In this document: piece by piece, positions 39,756-53,439 of the stretch
How the letters are laid out: each line of letters opens with the position of its first letter
Position numbering within the stretch: position 1 is the stretch's first letter
Origin: Trichinella spiralis
Taxonomy: Eukaryota
NCBI RefSeq assembly: GCF_000181795.1
Contig: NW_003526941.1
Span: 1,205,859-1,269,858, forward strand
Length of the DNA: 64,000 nucleotides
Direction of reading: 5' to 3'
The notes under the pieces: model-generated
Databases searched by the model: none
The model's input: only the letters and a program-made list of their open reading frames with translations
Told to the model about the DNA's origin: nothing
Program-made: the position numbers and the translations under genes

Positions 39756-40055
39756 ATGGGGATCGGCCGACGGTGGCGACGGTCGACCTTCACCACTGGT
39801 GGTGGTACATTGAGAAGCACCGTCGGATTTGTTAGTTGTGGACGGCAAATCAGGCAAGCCGATACTGTTGCAAGTTTGGGCTAACAAAGCGAGCGGACTT
39901 TTTCCACTGTCCTGCGATTGACCAAGCAACGGTGAAGAAGAAGAAGCGTTGCAAGAAGCGCCGGGCGAGTCATCAGCAGCACTGCCGACCGCTGTTGTAG
40001 CCGGCAGTGGACTCAGAAAATCTGGACACAGATACTGCTGATGTGTAGATACCAT
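38577..40055 (-). CDS. NET-family zinc finger (Noc/Elbow/TLP-1/ZNF503-ZNF703-like), single exon, ~492 aa from MVSTHQQYL
   Basis: YLCPDFLSPLP, Sp motif KSPLALLAQTCNSIG, Buttonhead-like box CADPFCKTC, single C2H2 finger YVCNWMTGDQYCGKRFASGDELLQHLRSH, C-terminal LRFHPY. The ORF-track extension to 40199 is only the CT microsatellite. Confidence 0.95.
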
Positions 40056-40070
40056 GATGTTTTCTGAAGA

Positions 40071-40125
40071 AGAGAGAGAGAGAGAGAAATAATATATAGT
40101 TGTTGGGAAAAACAGAGAACAAGAG

Positions 40126-40161
<36 letters not shown>

Positions 40162-40215
40162 AGAAAGAGAGAGAGAGAGAGAAACACAGACCACGACACA
40201 GATACACAGAGAAAT
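40071..40215. repeat. (GA)n/(CT)n microsatellite immediately 5' of the NET start codon
   Basis: Several long agagag runs. Confidence 0.95.
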
Positions 40216-43200
40216 GAACGAATAAGAGAACAAGACAGACGTGGAAGAGAAAAAGATGATCAGGGAAAAATTGTCGCCCCCTGGCGGCGAGTCGGCTCGT
40301 GAAATTAATGACGCTAACGACGTGTGATTGGCTGTCGCTGGCGGTCATAGCAATCAATGTCAACAGTATAATTTATCTGCCGTTTTGGCTGTCGTTACGA
40401 GCGCGCCGCAAAGCCGAAATCAATCATCAAATTTATGACCCGTCACCGGCGATTGATGAACAAACGTCGTCGGCGCGAATATCATCAGCGCCGCAATCCA
40501 ACAGGAATCGCCAGCCGGTCGTCACTCTTACACCATTTGCATGCACATACTGTTTTGTTTTTTTCAATATGATAATTTTTTTTTCTTCATTTATGTAAAT
40601 TTTTGTTTTAGGAAAGAGGAAAATTTGTTTATTCAAAAATTTTTATCAATTGAAAATTATATAGCACCGTCACTACTACTAGCAGCAGCAGCAGCAAATT
40701 ATTTTCAGTAAGACATTTCTACTTACAACAATTTCCAACTGGTCAACTTTGAAGATCAAAAGAATGCCGACACTGATGCGTGTCAATCATTCATGTCAAC
40801 GTGAATAGAAACCGTTGTTGCGCCACCCTGTTGTTGATCACGGTGAGGCGTTGCGGTCGTGCGGATCAAACAAAAACAAAAAATAAATAGAAACGGAGGG
40901 AAAAAAACAATTTAGCCATGGAAAAATAAACTGATTAATTAATTAATTAATTAATTGATTGATTATTAATAATTTAAGGGAAAAATCTTTTTGAAATTAT
41001 TTATCAACAACAATCAACAAGTAGAAAAAGCCAAAATTGACAATTTGTCAAAATCGAATTTGAACATTGAACTTTAGATCATTGACAAGAGGATTTATCT
41101 GAAAGAAAATTATTATGTGACATTGATAATGTTCATAAAACACACTGCTTGGTCGTAATTTACTGCTTGACGATTGGTAAAAAATATTTGCATAATCTTT
41201 GAACTGTTCCAATGTTTGCACTGGTACTGTTTCATGTGCGCAAACAGCGAGAGAGTTTCGTTTTCTATTTTTAATAAATTTTTGAAAAATAAACAAAAAT
41301 TTCTCAACTTCACTCACTCGTGGTTTCTTCTTGTTTTCTTTTTTTGAAACCTCATTACACAATTACGATAACGATATTTTTTATTCGGACACAGAGTGAC
41401 GGTTTTTATTATTACACTGATACTTGCGATCGAATAAAAAGCCAAATTGCACAAATTGTTTGTTTCGTTCTGATTATTCAAACGGTTCAATTCAAACGAT
41501 TAAATTGTCATATAATTATTTTCCATTATATACAAAAGTCAAATACAAATATTCATCTCAACATCAACTCATTTGTCCTTCACTTTTTATTCATAAAAAA
41601 CAAACAAACAAATAAAAAAAATCAAGCACTATTTTGATGTGTAACTTTTTTTTTCTTGCTGTTTCAATTATCATAAGAAATGTTGAATTGAATTGTTCAA
41701 TTGGAAATTTTCTAGGCTATTTGTGAAAGAATTTTGACGCTTCTTATTTCAAATGAAAGAAATGAATGTATATTTTTCTTCAAAAAAAATTATTTCAACT
41801 TTGCCGTAACAGTCATTCAATATTTTTTCTGGTAGATTTTAATTTCAAATTTCTCTGCTCAATTCATCAAAAGATACTGTACGTCAGTCGGAGACGGATG
41901 CCCATTAATATTTTGGCTGATAATTCTTTTTTTTCAAATTTATTTTCACACGTTGACATAAATTTTCCGCATCAAATTATGAATACTATTGTTTGTTTGT
42001 TTGTTTTTTATGAATGGATTCGTGATTGTGGGAAAAAAAAGTTACAAAGATTGATTGCGTTGAAATTGTTGAACAAAAATTTACATGAAACACAAATCAT
42101 CGCACGGGATTATTTATTAAAAATTGATTCAACACCATTGAAAGCGTATGAAAATTTGAAAATGGAAAACTTGGCTATAATAATAAGAATAATAATAATC
42201 TGCACCGGCGTCACAAGAAACATTCGCGTCCATATTTTTTGCGCACCAACATCAAAACCGCCTCCAAACATGCAAGCAAGCGGTGAGTATTTTTATTAGC
42301 ATCAATTTGAAAATTGATGTCGATTTTGTTCATTCATTTTATAACACAAACATCACTTGAACAAGAATGCACCACTTATTATTTCCCACTCTTGCAACAT
42401 GATTCATCTGAGCACATCCGGTCAACAACGTATATATACATATATATAGATTTATTTATTGTTGTGCAATAAAATTAATTATTCATAACAAATGAAACAA
42501 GTTGATGTGTGTTGTTGTTTTTTTGTTTTGTTATTTATTAGCTTTTTTATCTCTTGATCAAGGTGTTGAAAAAGAGATTCACATATTTCAAAATTAAACT
42601 AATCGGGAAAAATTTATTTACCGAAATTTTCAACAAGCTTTTTCAAAATTATCATGTGATTAATTTTTTGAAAACATCTTCAATATATTGTTAGGAATTT
42701 GCATTAAAATTAAAAAAAACTCGCGTATGATAAAGTTGGAATTTACAACAACAACAAAAAGTCATAAAACAAATTGCCCGTGAAAATGATCGTTTCTTGT
42801 TCTTTCTCATTTGTTCATTTTTTGCAGAGTTATTTAAATTATTTATTTGTTTTATTTGAAAAGATAAAATCAGAAAAAAAAATCTTCCACTTAACTCATC
42901 TGTACATTATTTGAAATTTGACATTATTTGAAAATGTGTAAATCTAGTTGAAAATTGATTTGAATTATGGCATTTCAAAGTAGTGCACACGCAATGGTTT
43001 ATTATTGCTTAACCAGTGTTTTTTCCGAGTTGTTTCATCCAAATTTTTTTGTTCCAGAAAAAAATGACATCTTTGTAATGGAATATTAATTTTTAATTTT
43101 TCATAATTTTTAATATGCATCAGTCGTCGGTTGACATTGCTGTTGGATAACTGAGAAGAGAGTTGAAAATGGCATACTTGTAAAAATACTCTCCTCTTGG

Positions 43201-46200
43201 CATTTTCAACATGACAGAATTTGATAATAAAATAGTAATAAAGACTTCTTCAAAAGAATTCGTCTTATAGCCGACCTAATTTTATAGGCAAGTAAATATG
43301 ATTTATCATCGGTTGGGCTCGGCTTTCCTTTGAGAAAAACCGCTTCATTTCTGCTTGCGTTGGTCATTTTCTTCCTGCCTTGCCCTGCTAACATGCCAAC
43401 ATTATACCTATACATTACATTACATTACACATTCTCTTTGATTTCAGTGTTCTTCGACAATTCAATCAGACAGCGATCAAAATGCCCATCTGAAATTTTA
43501 TGAACGCATAAAATAAATCCCAACGAAACAAGGAAAATAATTTATATTATTTTATTTCTTTTTTCCTATTAATTTATAGGCGTAACAAATTTTAATACCT
43601 TTTTTTTCGGCTTTCTTAAATTCAATCTTAAATCTGTACCTAATGTACTTATTTTTGATACCGTAATTCTTTTTCTCATTCTACCGCTCAGTACTGTATG
43701 TAACAGTTCTTTTTTTCAATTTATTTATTGCAACTTTTGAAAAAAATATACATGCACAAAACTGTGATCTATTGAATCTATTTCCACTTGTTGATTTGGC
43801 CGAATAGTGGAATAGCTCTAATTTTGATTTTCAACTTACAACTATATTCAAGCTAAGCTGTATTTTTGTTCGAAGGTCAGATTTTGGCCAATTGCTAACG
43901 TTTCAACTGTCAAAATGGATTGCAAGCGGCCGGGTTTAATTTTTTTTGGCTGACATTTTGCCTGTTTCTTACTTTGAATTAATTGATCGATAGAAAGGAA
44001 CGCTTTTCCGGCCTTTTTGATAGCACAATTTTCACATGATCCGCTCTGTCGGTGGTTGGTTCTCAATCTTCTCAACTGACTGTACTAACCCCAACAACTG
44101 TCACAACAACAACAAATAACCTTTTAATTTTTTTAAAAATTGTTTAAGCATTCCCTTGGGTGTATTCTTAATATGTTTTTTTTATTCGGTGGGAATATTG
44201 CATTTCTGAGCATTGTAGTAGTTGTTTATTTAATTTTTTTGATCAACTCACATTTGGTAGATGAAATGTCATTGAAAGCGGACAAGTTGAACGGTAAAAT
44301 GGGAGAAATTCAATAAATAACGGCCAGACTGAAAGAGTAGTTTTAATAGTTTTGTTGTTTATAATAGCATAGCATGTATTCAAAATTATCAACAGTGATG
44401 CTTATTTGATTTGTTTTCAGCAAAATGCTGCACACATATTTTGAACAAGAGTTTCCAACCGCAAAAGATACTTCTTTTTTTCTATTTTTCGTTTATTCAT
44501 CAAAACGAACATTAATATAATAAATTTATTACCACCATTTTGTTTGTTTGTTTGTTTGATGAATATAATAAATTAATCAGATTATTGAATTGATCTTGTG
44601 TTGTCAGTCATTTTTTCAGCTGTTTCAGTGTTGTTGCAGCTTGAAAAGGTTTATTTATGGCACGTTTGAAAGTCAAATTTAGAAGTTGGCATTTGAAAAA
44701 TTGGAAAAAGTAATAAAAGTGATCACTTTCACAAAGAAATTAATTCCACAATCCCAATCTGTCAGTCGGTCAGTAGTGATTTGACGAAATTTTATTTTGT
44801 TTAAAAATTCCTCCACTCATACCAAGATGATCGGTTCTAAGAGGAATTTTTTGTTGATGAATGAAAAAAATTTGAAAACTACAGTAGCCAGGTTGTCAGG
44901 AACTGTATTTTTTGTACTGATAAACAAATTTGAAAAGTAATTTAAAAAAAGTTTTCAATGAATATTTGAAACAAAAATATGAATTGGAAACATTTTAATT
45001 TTGTATTTCAGATGAAAATTTAATTTTTCAACAAAAAATAATTTTACCAACAATTTCCGTGCGTCATGTCCTGAATAGAAGTGCAATTTTGATATTTTCA
45101 CGTTGAAATAAAAATCGTTCAATTTTCCAGTTTTGCCAATTGTTGCGCAAAAGATCGTATAATATAATAATAAAAAGCCAATTCAACTTTGGCAATTCAA
45201 CGACGACGACAACAACAACAAAATAATTAAAACAATCATAAAACAATTCATTTTCAGGTTAACTATCAATTTCTGTTCTCTGCTGGCGTTTCACGGGCAG
45301 GATGTTTGCTTTTCAAATGGCCATTTCCATCACCATCTTCTTCCATTTCTTCTTTCACTTCCAGGCTTACAAACAAGCATCACAATCGCTTTTAATTATT
45401 CCATTTACTTTGAACAAACAACACAGACGAAAAATCGATCATCTTTTCTTTTAATAGTACTCGTTCAAAAATTTGCACAACAGAAATTGTTAATTTCAAA
45501 ATTCCATTATTTGCATACACAACAACATCAATTTGTCAGCTTATTAATCGCAATGACTGTAGTATACATCTTGATCATTGTCGATAACGTTTATATGAAT
45601 AGACAGTTTTTTCTTAAACGTTTAATATATAATTGGACTAGGTTCTTATCGATTATAATTGATTATGAAAAAAAAGAAAATTTTCCCCATTTTCCCACTG
45701 TAGAATTTAGAATAAAAATTTTCATTTTCTCTGATCTGGAGCTTCGGTTGAGAAAGTTGAAATACTGATTGTTCACGTTGAATGACAAAATAATGAATGG
45801 TATTTCAAATTTGTATTACAACCTGTTTGAATGTAGAACTCAGAAAACGAGGACAAACCGTTACGAAAACACATATTCCAATTGTTGAAAAATTTGAATA
45901 ATAATCAACTTGATCTTTATCAAATAAATGTTCACATTTGTTGATCAAGAAAATTATAATAAACAACAGTGAGTTGATTTTCTAAATTTTCAAAGTAAAC
46001 ACGCAATTTGTCCTCTTTTTCGCTTGGTTATGTTGAAAAATTAATTAAAACTAAAATTATCTACATTTTGTTCAAATTTGACACATGTCATTTATAACAT
46101 TTTTGTTTGGATAAAATAGTAAAACAAATATGCCTGTCAAACAACTAACTATAAATTTGTTGAAAATGAATCATCACAATTTTTTTTGTAACACTGAAAT

Positions 46201-46928
46201 GCAAACAAAAAGAAACAAATTGGAAAATCAATAATTATTTAATATTGTTTGATTTGTTTTGTTTGGTAAAATAACCGATTGCAATTGTGAAACAGTTTAT
46301 GCAATGTTAATTAATTTCCAAAAAAAAATACAATAATTACTGATATTGTTTATTGAATGAGTTGGAATGAATTTCATTTTCGAATTTCCAACGACGATGT
46401 ATGTGATTTTCAAAATTTCAATTTTCTCTCATGTTGTGTATATTTGTAAATTTTAAACTAAAAATTTCAATATCAATCATTTCGAATTTAGAATAACAAC
46501 AACTGCAAGAGAGTGATTTATGTTTTTCAAGTGTTTGCGCTTTTGTCTAATTATTATTATTATTATTATTATTATAATTGGTGAAGAAGCAATGTACATT
46601 TGGACTGGGCGGCGGTGTTGATTCAATTGCAAAGGTATGCATTCATCACACGGCTTGTCGACTGAGAACACTTGACTGCAATTGACGCGATCTTGCCCAG
46701 CGTACGTCGTCGATTGATGATAATTATTACTGAATAATTAATTAATCTGATCAGCTAAACTGCAACATTCATACGCATATTTTGTGTTGGCAGATGGCGA
46801 TTGCAATCCGTAACACAACTTCCGCCCACAACGGTGTGGCCATTCTTCATTTTTGATAACGATCGTCACTCAAGTACAACTTCAAACATCTGCCCAATAT
46901 GAATGCAGCTTGCAAAAACAAATATGCA

Positions 46929-46965
46929 TATAAATATAAATATAAATATAAATATAAATATAAAT
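46929..46965. repeat. (TATAAA)n hexanucleotide repeat
   Basis: tataaatataaatataaatataaatataaatataaat. Confidence 0.9.
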
Positions 46966-47970
46966 TTCACATTTGCAATAGCACTGAACGGACGACGTGA
47001 AACTTTTATTGCTTTCATCTATACCCACTCGCTCTTTTGACCATTAGCCGACGCTTCAAGTTGCAATAAATAATATTTGAAACAAATTTCCCTTTGAAAT
47101 TATCAATCTTCTTCGGTTGGAATTTCTACATTTCACAACTTTTATTAATCTCTTCCTCCACCGACCACGTTGTTCCACTTATTTTTCATTTGTTTGGAGT
47201 ATATAAATATTTTCCAAGTTTATTCTTTCATTTTATTATTCAAAAATAAAACAACACTTTTTATTACGACGATAAAAAAAGAAAAGTATTTTGTTTTGAC
47301 GAAAATATTTTTGAACACAACACGCCTGTTGCACTCAAGCAATAATTTTAAAAAATAACAATGCATATTTTCTGTTAATTGAGGAAAATTACATTATTTA
47401 ATTAAAAAAATAAAAAAAAACTTTGCTCCAGTGCTTGAAATTTCAGTTTCGCTTCGTGTCGTAAAAGATTCAACTTTCACGTTAAATTTATATAAATAGC
47501 TAAAGTATAATGAAAAATAGTTTACAAAAAGGAACATGTTATTTTTAAAATGCAAAAATATTGCATCAGCATTAATTTTGTTTCGTTGAATTGCAAGCAT
47601 TTTTTCTGAAATTTCATAACGTCATTTTTGTATTTCAACTTTTACATGCGTTAAAACTTCATTTTTATTAAAATTTCAATGTAATACTGTCAAATTTCAA
47701 ACTGTAACTTTTGAAACATTTTACAGTAAAAGTTACGCAAGTTTATTTAAATACAGTACCTTTGTTAATTGAGTAAAAATATTTTTTAGTTGAAATATCA
47801 ACAATTTGATTATTGTTTTTTGTTTATTGGTTTTAATTAAATTTATTTCAAAACATAGCCAGATATTACATCACATTCGAATGTTTTAACTGTAAATGGA
47901 TCTTGATTTCTGTGAACTTTTAAATGTAACATTTGTAAAGGTTTCAGTTGATACAATTTCTGTCATCAAA

Positions 47971-50743
47971 ATGTCGAACAGAATGACCGGTGGTTTTAAG
48001 TTTCTCGTGATTGTTGTTGTGTTTGGTTCACTTTGCGCATCTGTTCACGGCCAATGTGATGATGCAGCTTTTGAAAGTTTGGAAAATGTTGGCGAAGAGA
48101 TTGCGCTGGAAACCAACTTCTTTCGATACAACGCATCTTCAACCAGTGTAGCACATCACTCCAGTTGTACCCTCTGCTATCTTTTGTCAACTACAGCTCA
48201 AAGAATTTACTTTTGCAACCGAAGCCAGGAACAGTTGTCTTATTTGATAAACGGCCTGTGCGTTTTTCTTCGAATTTACAACAGTCGTATATGCCAAGGA
48301 ATTGTATCCGTATACAAAGATGAAGTTCTTTACGTAGCTGGTCAATTGTTGCTCAGTCCGAAGCAACTCTGTGCGGTGTTGGTTGAAAATTGCGGTGAAG
48401 CGTACAATCCTTTCAAAGCGAATTGGACTGTTGCGCTTCCTGACGTGCCCAAGCCGCCTGTTCAACCGCGACAACAGCCAAAAGTGAGTTATTGAAACAT
48501 GCACATGCATGTGTTGTTTTAGTGAGCGTTTGTTAAATTTCTTAATACAAAATTGAAAATCCTCTTCTCAAATGGCACTTTCTTTGCGCAATGGTTATTT
48601 AACTGCTCCATAACAGTGATAAATAATTCTGTTGCTGCAGTTTAAAACCTGAAAACTTACGAAAAGTATTTTTTACTTGTAAATTTGTAAATTTAATTAT
48701 TATTAAAGATACTGAGGTTCAAAATTGTTAATTTATTTCACTTATACATATATAGATGTATTGTCACTTGTTTAATTTTTACAGTGTAAAATCTTTTCAT
48801 GAAGAAATTATTAAATAACATTTTAAAATATTTGGTTAATTCTTTTCAAAAGTTATTTTTAGTAGTTTTAATAGTTCATTAATTAGATTGTAATTGATAG
48901 TTTGGACATTCTTTTTAGCCAGATCAACCTGTTTTGAGAGTTTTACATTTGGCCGATATACATTTTGATCCTCAGTATGCTCAAGGTTCCGAAGCAGATT
49001 GCAATGATCCATTATGCTGTCACAAAAATTCGACCAAAAAATCTATGAAAGGTAGTTGTTGAAATGAATGAATTTTTTGCCTTTTTCATCAAGCTAAGCT
49101 AAGTATTTTATATGTTTCTTTTTTTAGTAAAGCAAGCAGCAGGAAGGTGGGGTACAGCAGGTTTGTGTGATCTGCCTATTAAAACAATGATACTTCTTTT
49201 TGAGCATCTTCAAGATGAAGCTGAAGTATTTATTTTTGTGCTTGCAAGTTTATTGATTATTTGTTTTGTTTTTTCTGCATTTTTTAGTTTGATTATGTAA
49301 TATGGACAGGCGATCTTCCACCCCACAATGTGTGGAATCAGACTCGTAATGGTCAACTGCACGCGTATGAATATCTTTTGCAACTTTTCAACGAATATCT
49401 TCCAAATAAGCTTATCTTTTCCGCCCTCGGCAATCACGAAAGCGCTCCTGCTGATAGGTGTGTGTATGAATAAATAAATAAATAAATACAGTAAAATGAA
49501 GATGTGAATAAAATTGAAATTAATATTGATTTTAATTAATATTTGAAAATTTTTGAAATTACTTTTAGTTTTCCACCACACTTTAAAACGTTGCCAAACA
49601 AGTATTCAATTTCGTGGTTGTACGATGCTTTGGCTGAAGGTTGGAGTGCGACTGTTGATCCAGAACAAAAGGAAGCGGTCCAGGATTCTATTAAACGGTG
49701 AAAATGCATTTTTATACGCCAATTCTAATAAATAAAGTAATTTAAATTATATTTTAGCCGAGGTTCGTATGTGGTCGAAGTGAAGCCTGGTTTTCGAATT
49801 ATATCTGTCAATACAAATTATTGTATCAAGACAAACTAGTGAGGAGAAATTTATTGTTATTTATCATTAATAAGTTATTTTTTTAATGAAATTTTATTAG
49901 TTGGCTTTATTTGAACGAAACGGATCCTGATGGAACATTATCTTGGTTGGCAGAAGAATTGCAAAAGGCCGAAAACGAAGGCGCCAAAGTGCATATCATC
50001 GGTCACATACCTCCTGGTCATGAGACTTGTTTAAAAGAATGGAGTCGAAATTACAACATCATTGCCCAGAGGTTTAATTTGATAGATCAATTTTGGCTGG
50101 GATTGATTTATTGAAAAATTTAATTTCAGATATGAAAATGTGATTCGCGCTCAATTTTTTGGACACACTCATTCAGATTCGTTTACAGTCAGCTACGACC
50201 AGAGTGGAAGTGATGTCAGGCCGTCGAACGTTATGTTCGTGGCACCGAGTGTTACTACATTTGCCTACTGCCTCCCAGCGTACAGAATTTACACAATAGA
50301 TGGTGTACATGAGAACAGTACATGGGAAGTTTTGGACATTGAGACATACATTCTCAACGTCACTGAAGCCAATCAAACGGGCGAAAGGCCAAAGTGGAAA
50401 TTATCTTACCGATTCAAAGTATGTATATATATATTTTTTAAATACAATTTTAGCATATTTTTTTCAGGAGACTTATGGACTGAAGTCGATTTTACCGGAT
50501 CAGATGGATAATTTGATTAGAAGATTTTCCACCAACGACACTGTATTCGATATATATTTAAAGTAAGGAAGAAATTATTGAATTGAACCATTTGAACAGA
50601 GAGAACCCGACCATTTTAGGCATTATAATCGAGTCGATGCAGAGTGTGGTAAAAGTTGTCGCAAAGCCAGACTTTGTGAATTGCTTTCTTCCAGTTCAGC
50701 AGCTTATGCGACTTGTATTCACAAGCCCGTCGTCAAGCTCTAG
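47971..50743 (+). CDS. SMPD1: Acid sphingomyelinase (saposin B + metallophosphoesterase), multi-exon
   Basis: Signal peptide; saposin B cysteines (CTLC...LC...IC...LC...C); proline linker [76 protein letters not shown]; stop TAG 50741-50743. Confidence 0.96.
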
Positions 50744-51245
50744 CAATCGTCATCCATTGGCCATTGTCATCTTCAACAACCAACCTTTGATATTCTACAA
50801 AAGCGGTTCGATCTTTTTATTATTATTATTTTGCACATATTCTTTCTCTGACAAACATAGCATGTTGGTGTTGTTTTTTACTTTAATTTGCACTACTGAT
50901 GTAGGAAGCGTGTTGTCAATATTTTTTTCTCAGATCAACTGTTTTAGTTTGTTAAGTGGGTTTAGTGAAATTTGAACAAGCGTTCAATGTATTTTTCCAT
51001 ATGAAATCATGCGGCATAATTTCCAAGTAGATGCGGTTTAAAGTTGCACTTATCGGCAGATGTTGTTGTGAAATTTTATTATAAATTGTATAAATAGAAA
51101 AGTGAAAAGCAGAACAGTCGTGTGTGAGTTTGGAGAGTTTTATGTGATGTGAAAGAAAAAGATGTTATGTGGTTGCAAAAATTTTACTCTGCGTCAACTA
51201 GAAGTTTGTTCATTGTATTTTGTTGCAGAGCTTTGAGTTTGAAAG

Positions 51246-51804
51246 TTAAACAGGCATGCACTTTTTGTCTTCTTCAATTTTCAGCTCTAGATTCACTGTA
51301 CCTATGTTGAACACTTTTGCTGGTCCATTGGCGTCGGTAATGTACTTGGAGGGTACTTTGATTTTCCACCTCCTCTTGCATACCTTGAATAGAAGAACAT
51401 TTATTTGTGTTGAAAGCTTTTTGCATTAGAAAGTACGAATGTAAATTAAGTCTATTACGTGATGGCTATTGCAGCGATGGTATATTTTGAAGTAGGGTTC
51501 AATAGTTCCTATTTCATCGTCTGTTCCATCCAGGTGGAACTCACCGTTGGTGTTGGTCTCATTTTTAGCCATGGTGTCATCGAAGGTGAGGTCTGTAAAA
51601 GGGAGAAGAAGGGCAGTTGCACAATTGTACAAATATGAAAGAATTACCTTTTTCAATTAGCTTAACAGCTACCTTGGAAGCTGGTTGATCGCCACACATT
51701 AGTTTGCCTTGAATACGAACTCGCTGCTTCTTTGCCAACGTCAGGGAGACTATGACAATAAATGCGAAGAGTAGAAGTTTGTGAAATTGTTTCAAATTCA
51801 TCAT
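51246..51804 (-). CDS. Nematode transthyretin-like (TTR-52 family) secreted protein, 3 exons
   Basis: Signal peptide then QRVRIQGKLMCGDQPASKVAVKLIEK-DLTFDDTM...TNTNGEFHLDG...IEPYFKIYHRC-..CKRRWKIKVPSKYI...FNIGTVNLE. Confidence 0.93.
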
Positions 51805-53439
51805 TTTCCAATATTTCGAACAGAAATTTCAATACACTAACTCGCTGTTGCACAATTTAGCAAATGGGGAAATTTGTGCTGTTGGAAAAATTTATGCTCG
51901 TTCCGTATTTCACAAGCTGGAATTTTAACGTTTTCGTTTCTGATGCAAGTTTATTTATATCAAGCGTTCCAGTTTCTTGTGAAATTGTTTTACCGGCTAT
52001 ATATACTTGTTTTCTAGCCTAATTTCTGGCCAATCTGCGTGAATCATTTGCAGGAACGCTTTGCTTGTTTTTTTTTTATTTGCATTTTTTCAAACTTTTT
52101 TGTTGACATATCTACTGATCATACCGTGCGTGTAATATTTATTTTTTTCCTGAATACTGGAAAAGCATATGATAATCGACACAATGAAATCAGCTGACAC
52201 CCACTTGACTGAGCACATAATTGAGAGTTTTTGGGTTTTGGTTTTATGTTTTGTGTATTTTATTTCTTCATTCATATGATTGATTCTTCGATCATCATTA
52301 TTTGCAGTATTGTTAAGTATTTGATGTGTATCATCATCATCATCATCAGTACATGTTGCAATATATTTAAATTTATTTTTGTTTTATTAGTTGTATGCAA
52401 ATTTTCAATTAGCAAAAATTAATTTCTCTATATTAGAGAATTATTTTTTAAACATGTATTATTAATATTTTCATCGCAGAGTGAGAGATGAATAATGTTC
52501 TTAATTGTGCTTTGAGTCTTTGCAAATCAACAACAACAACAACAACAGTAGCAGTTGTTTGAAAAGTGCATCCTCCTTGTAAGGCAATAAGTTCAATAAC
52601 TTTACTTTCAAGGGAATATAATTTTCATCTTGTCAATTTTACTAGTGCTAATAGTTGTATAAAGCTGTCAGTGAAAATTAATAATGTCGTCTTTTCAAGG
52701 CTGTTTTGACAAGCAACCTTGTCTTGCGCATCACATCTGACGACAGAAATTGGCACGTGTATTTTCATCATAGCTTTTACTTTTTTCATCAACTGGCAGT
52801 AGGCACAAAATATTTATTTGTATGCATAATTTATTTGAGATTTGAAAAATAGATTTCCTTTTTTTTTTCAATGAAAACTCATCCATTCAAATATTGTGGT
52901 TATTAATTAATCGATGTTATCATTATTGTCATATGAGGAGGGTTATGATGTATTATTGTTCTTATTTGTTTTCAATGAATTTCAATCAATAAATAAACAA
53001 ATATAATTTAATGATTTGCCAAATGGAGGAACAATATGACGTTTCTATTGGAGCTGATCTGAATCAGTGTATATTTTTGAATGTGTAACGTACAGATTAT
53101 TTTATTCAACGGTACGTTATTCTTCTTCTTCTTATTTTTTTTTTATTTTGTCAAGCTCTGCTCGTGAAACGAACATTTTTGATCAGTTTGTTCAAAACTT
53201 TCAAAAATGGCCATTCGGTCGTCATTTTGGTTAGTGACCAGAACACGCACGACCGATTACGAGTTAGCTGAGGTGAAGCGTGTCAGCAGGCTTGTTTTCG
53301 TTAGTCCACAAGGGATGGGATGTTGATGGGGTTTTTCGCTGACCGCTTTGTTATCCACCATGAGCACATGCATGGAAATTTAAGTTCCAAATGGAAGTTA
53401 GCCGTGGGAAAAAGAATTTTTTTTTTACAACGAACACGT

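Noticed and set aside
38730..39884. Many overlapping ORFs on both strands
   Set aside because: Alternative frames of the GC-rich NET coding sequence.
40056..40199. SLSLSL N-terminal extension of the NET ORF
   Set aside because: Translation of a CT microsatellite from a non-ATG start; homology begins at MVSTHQQYL.
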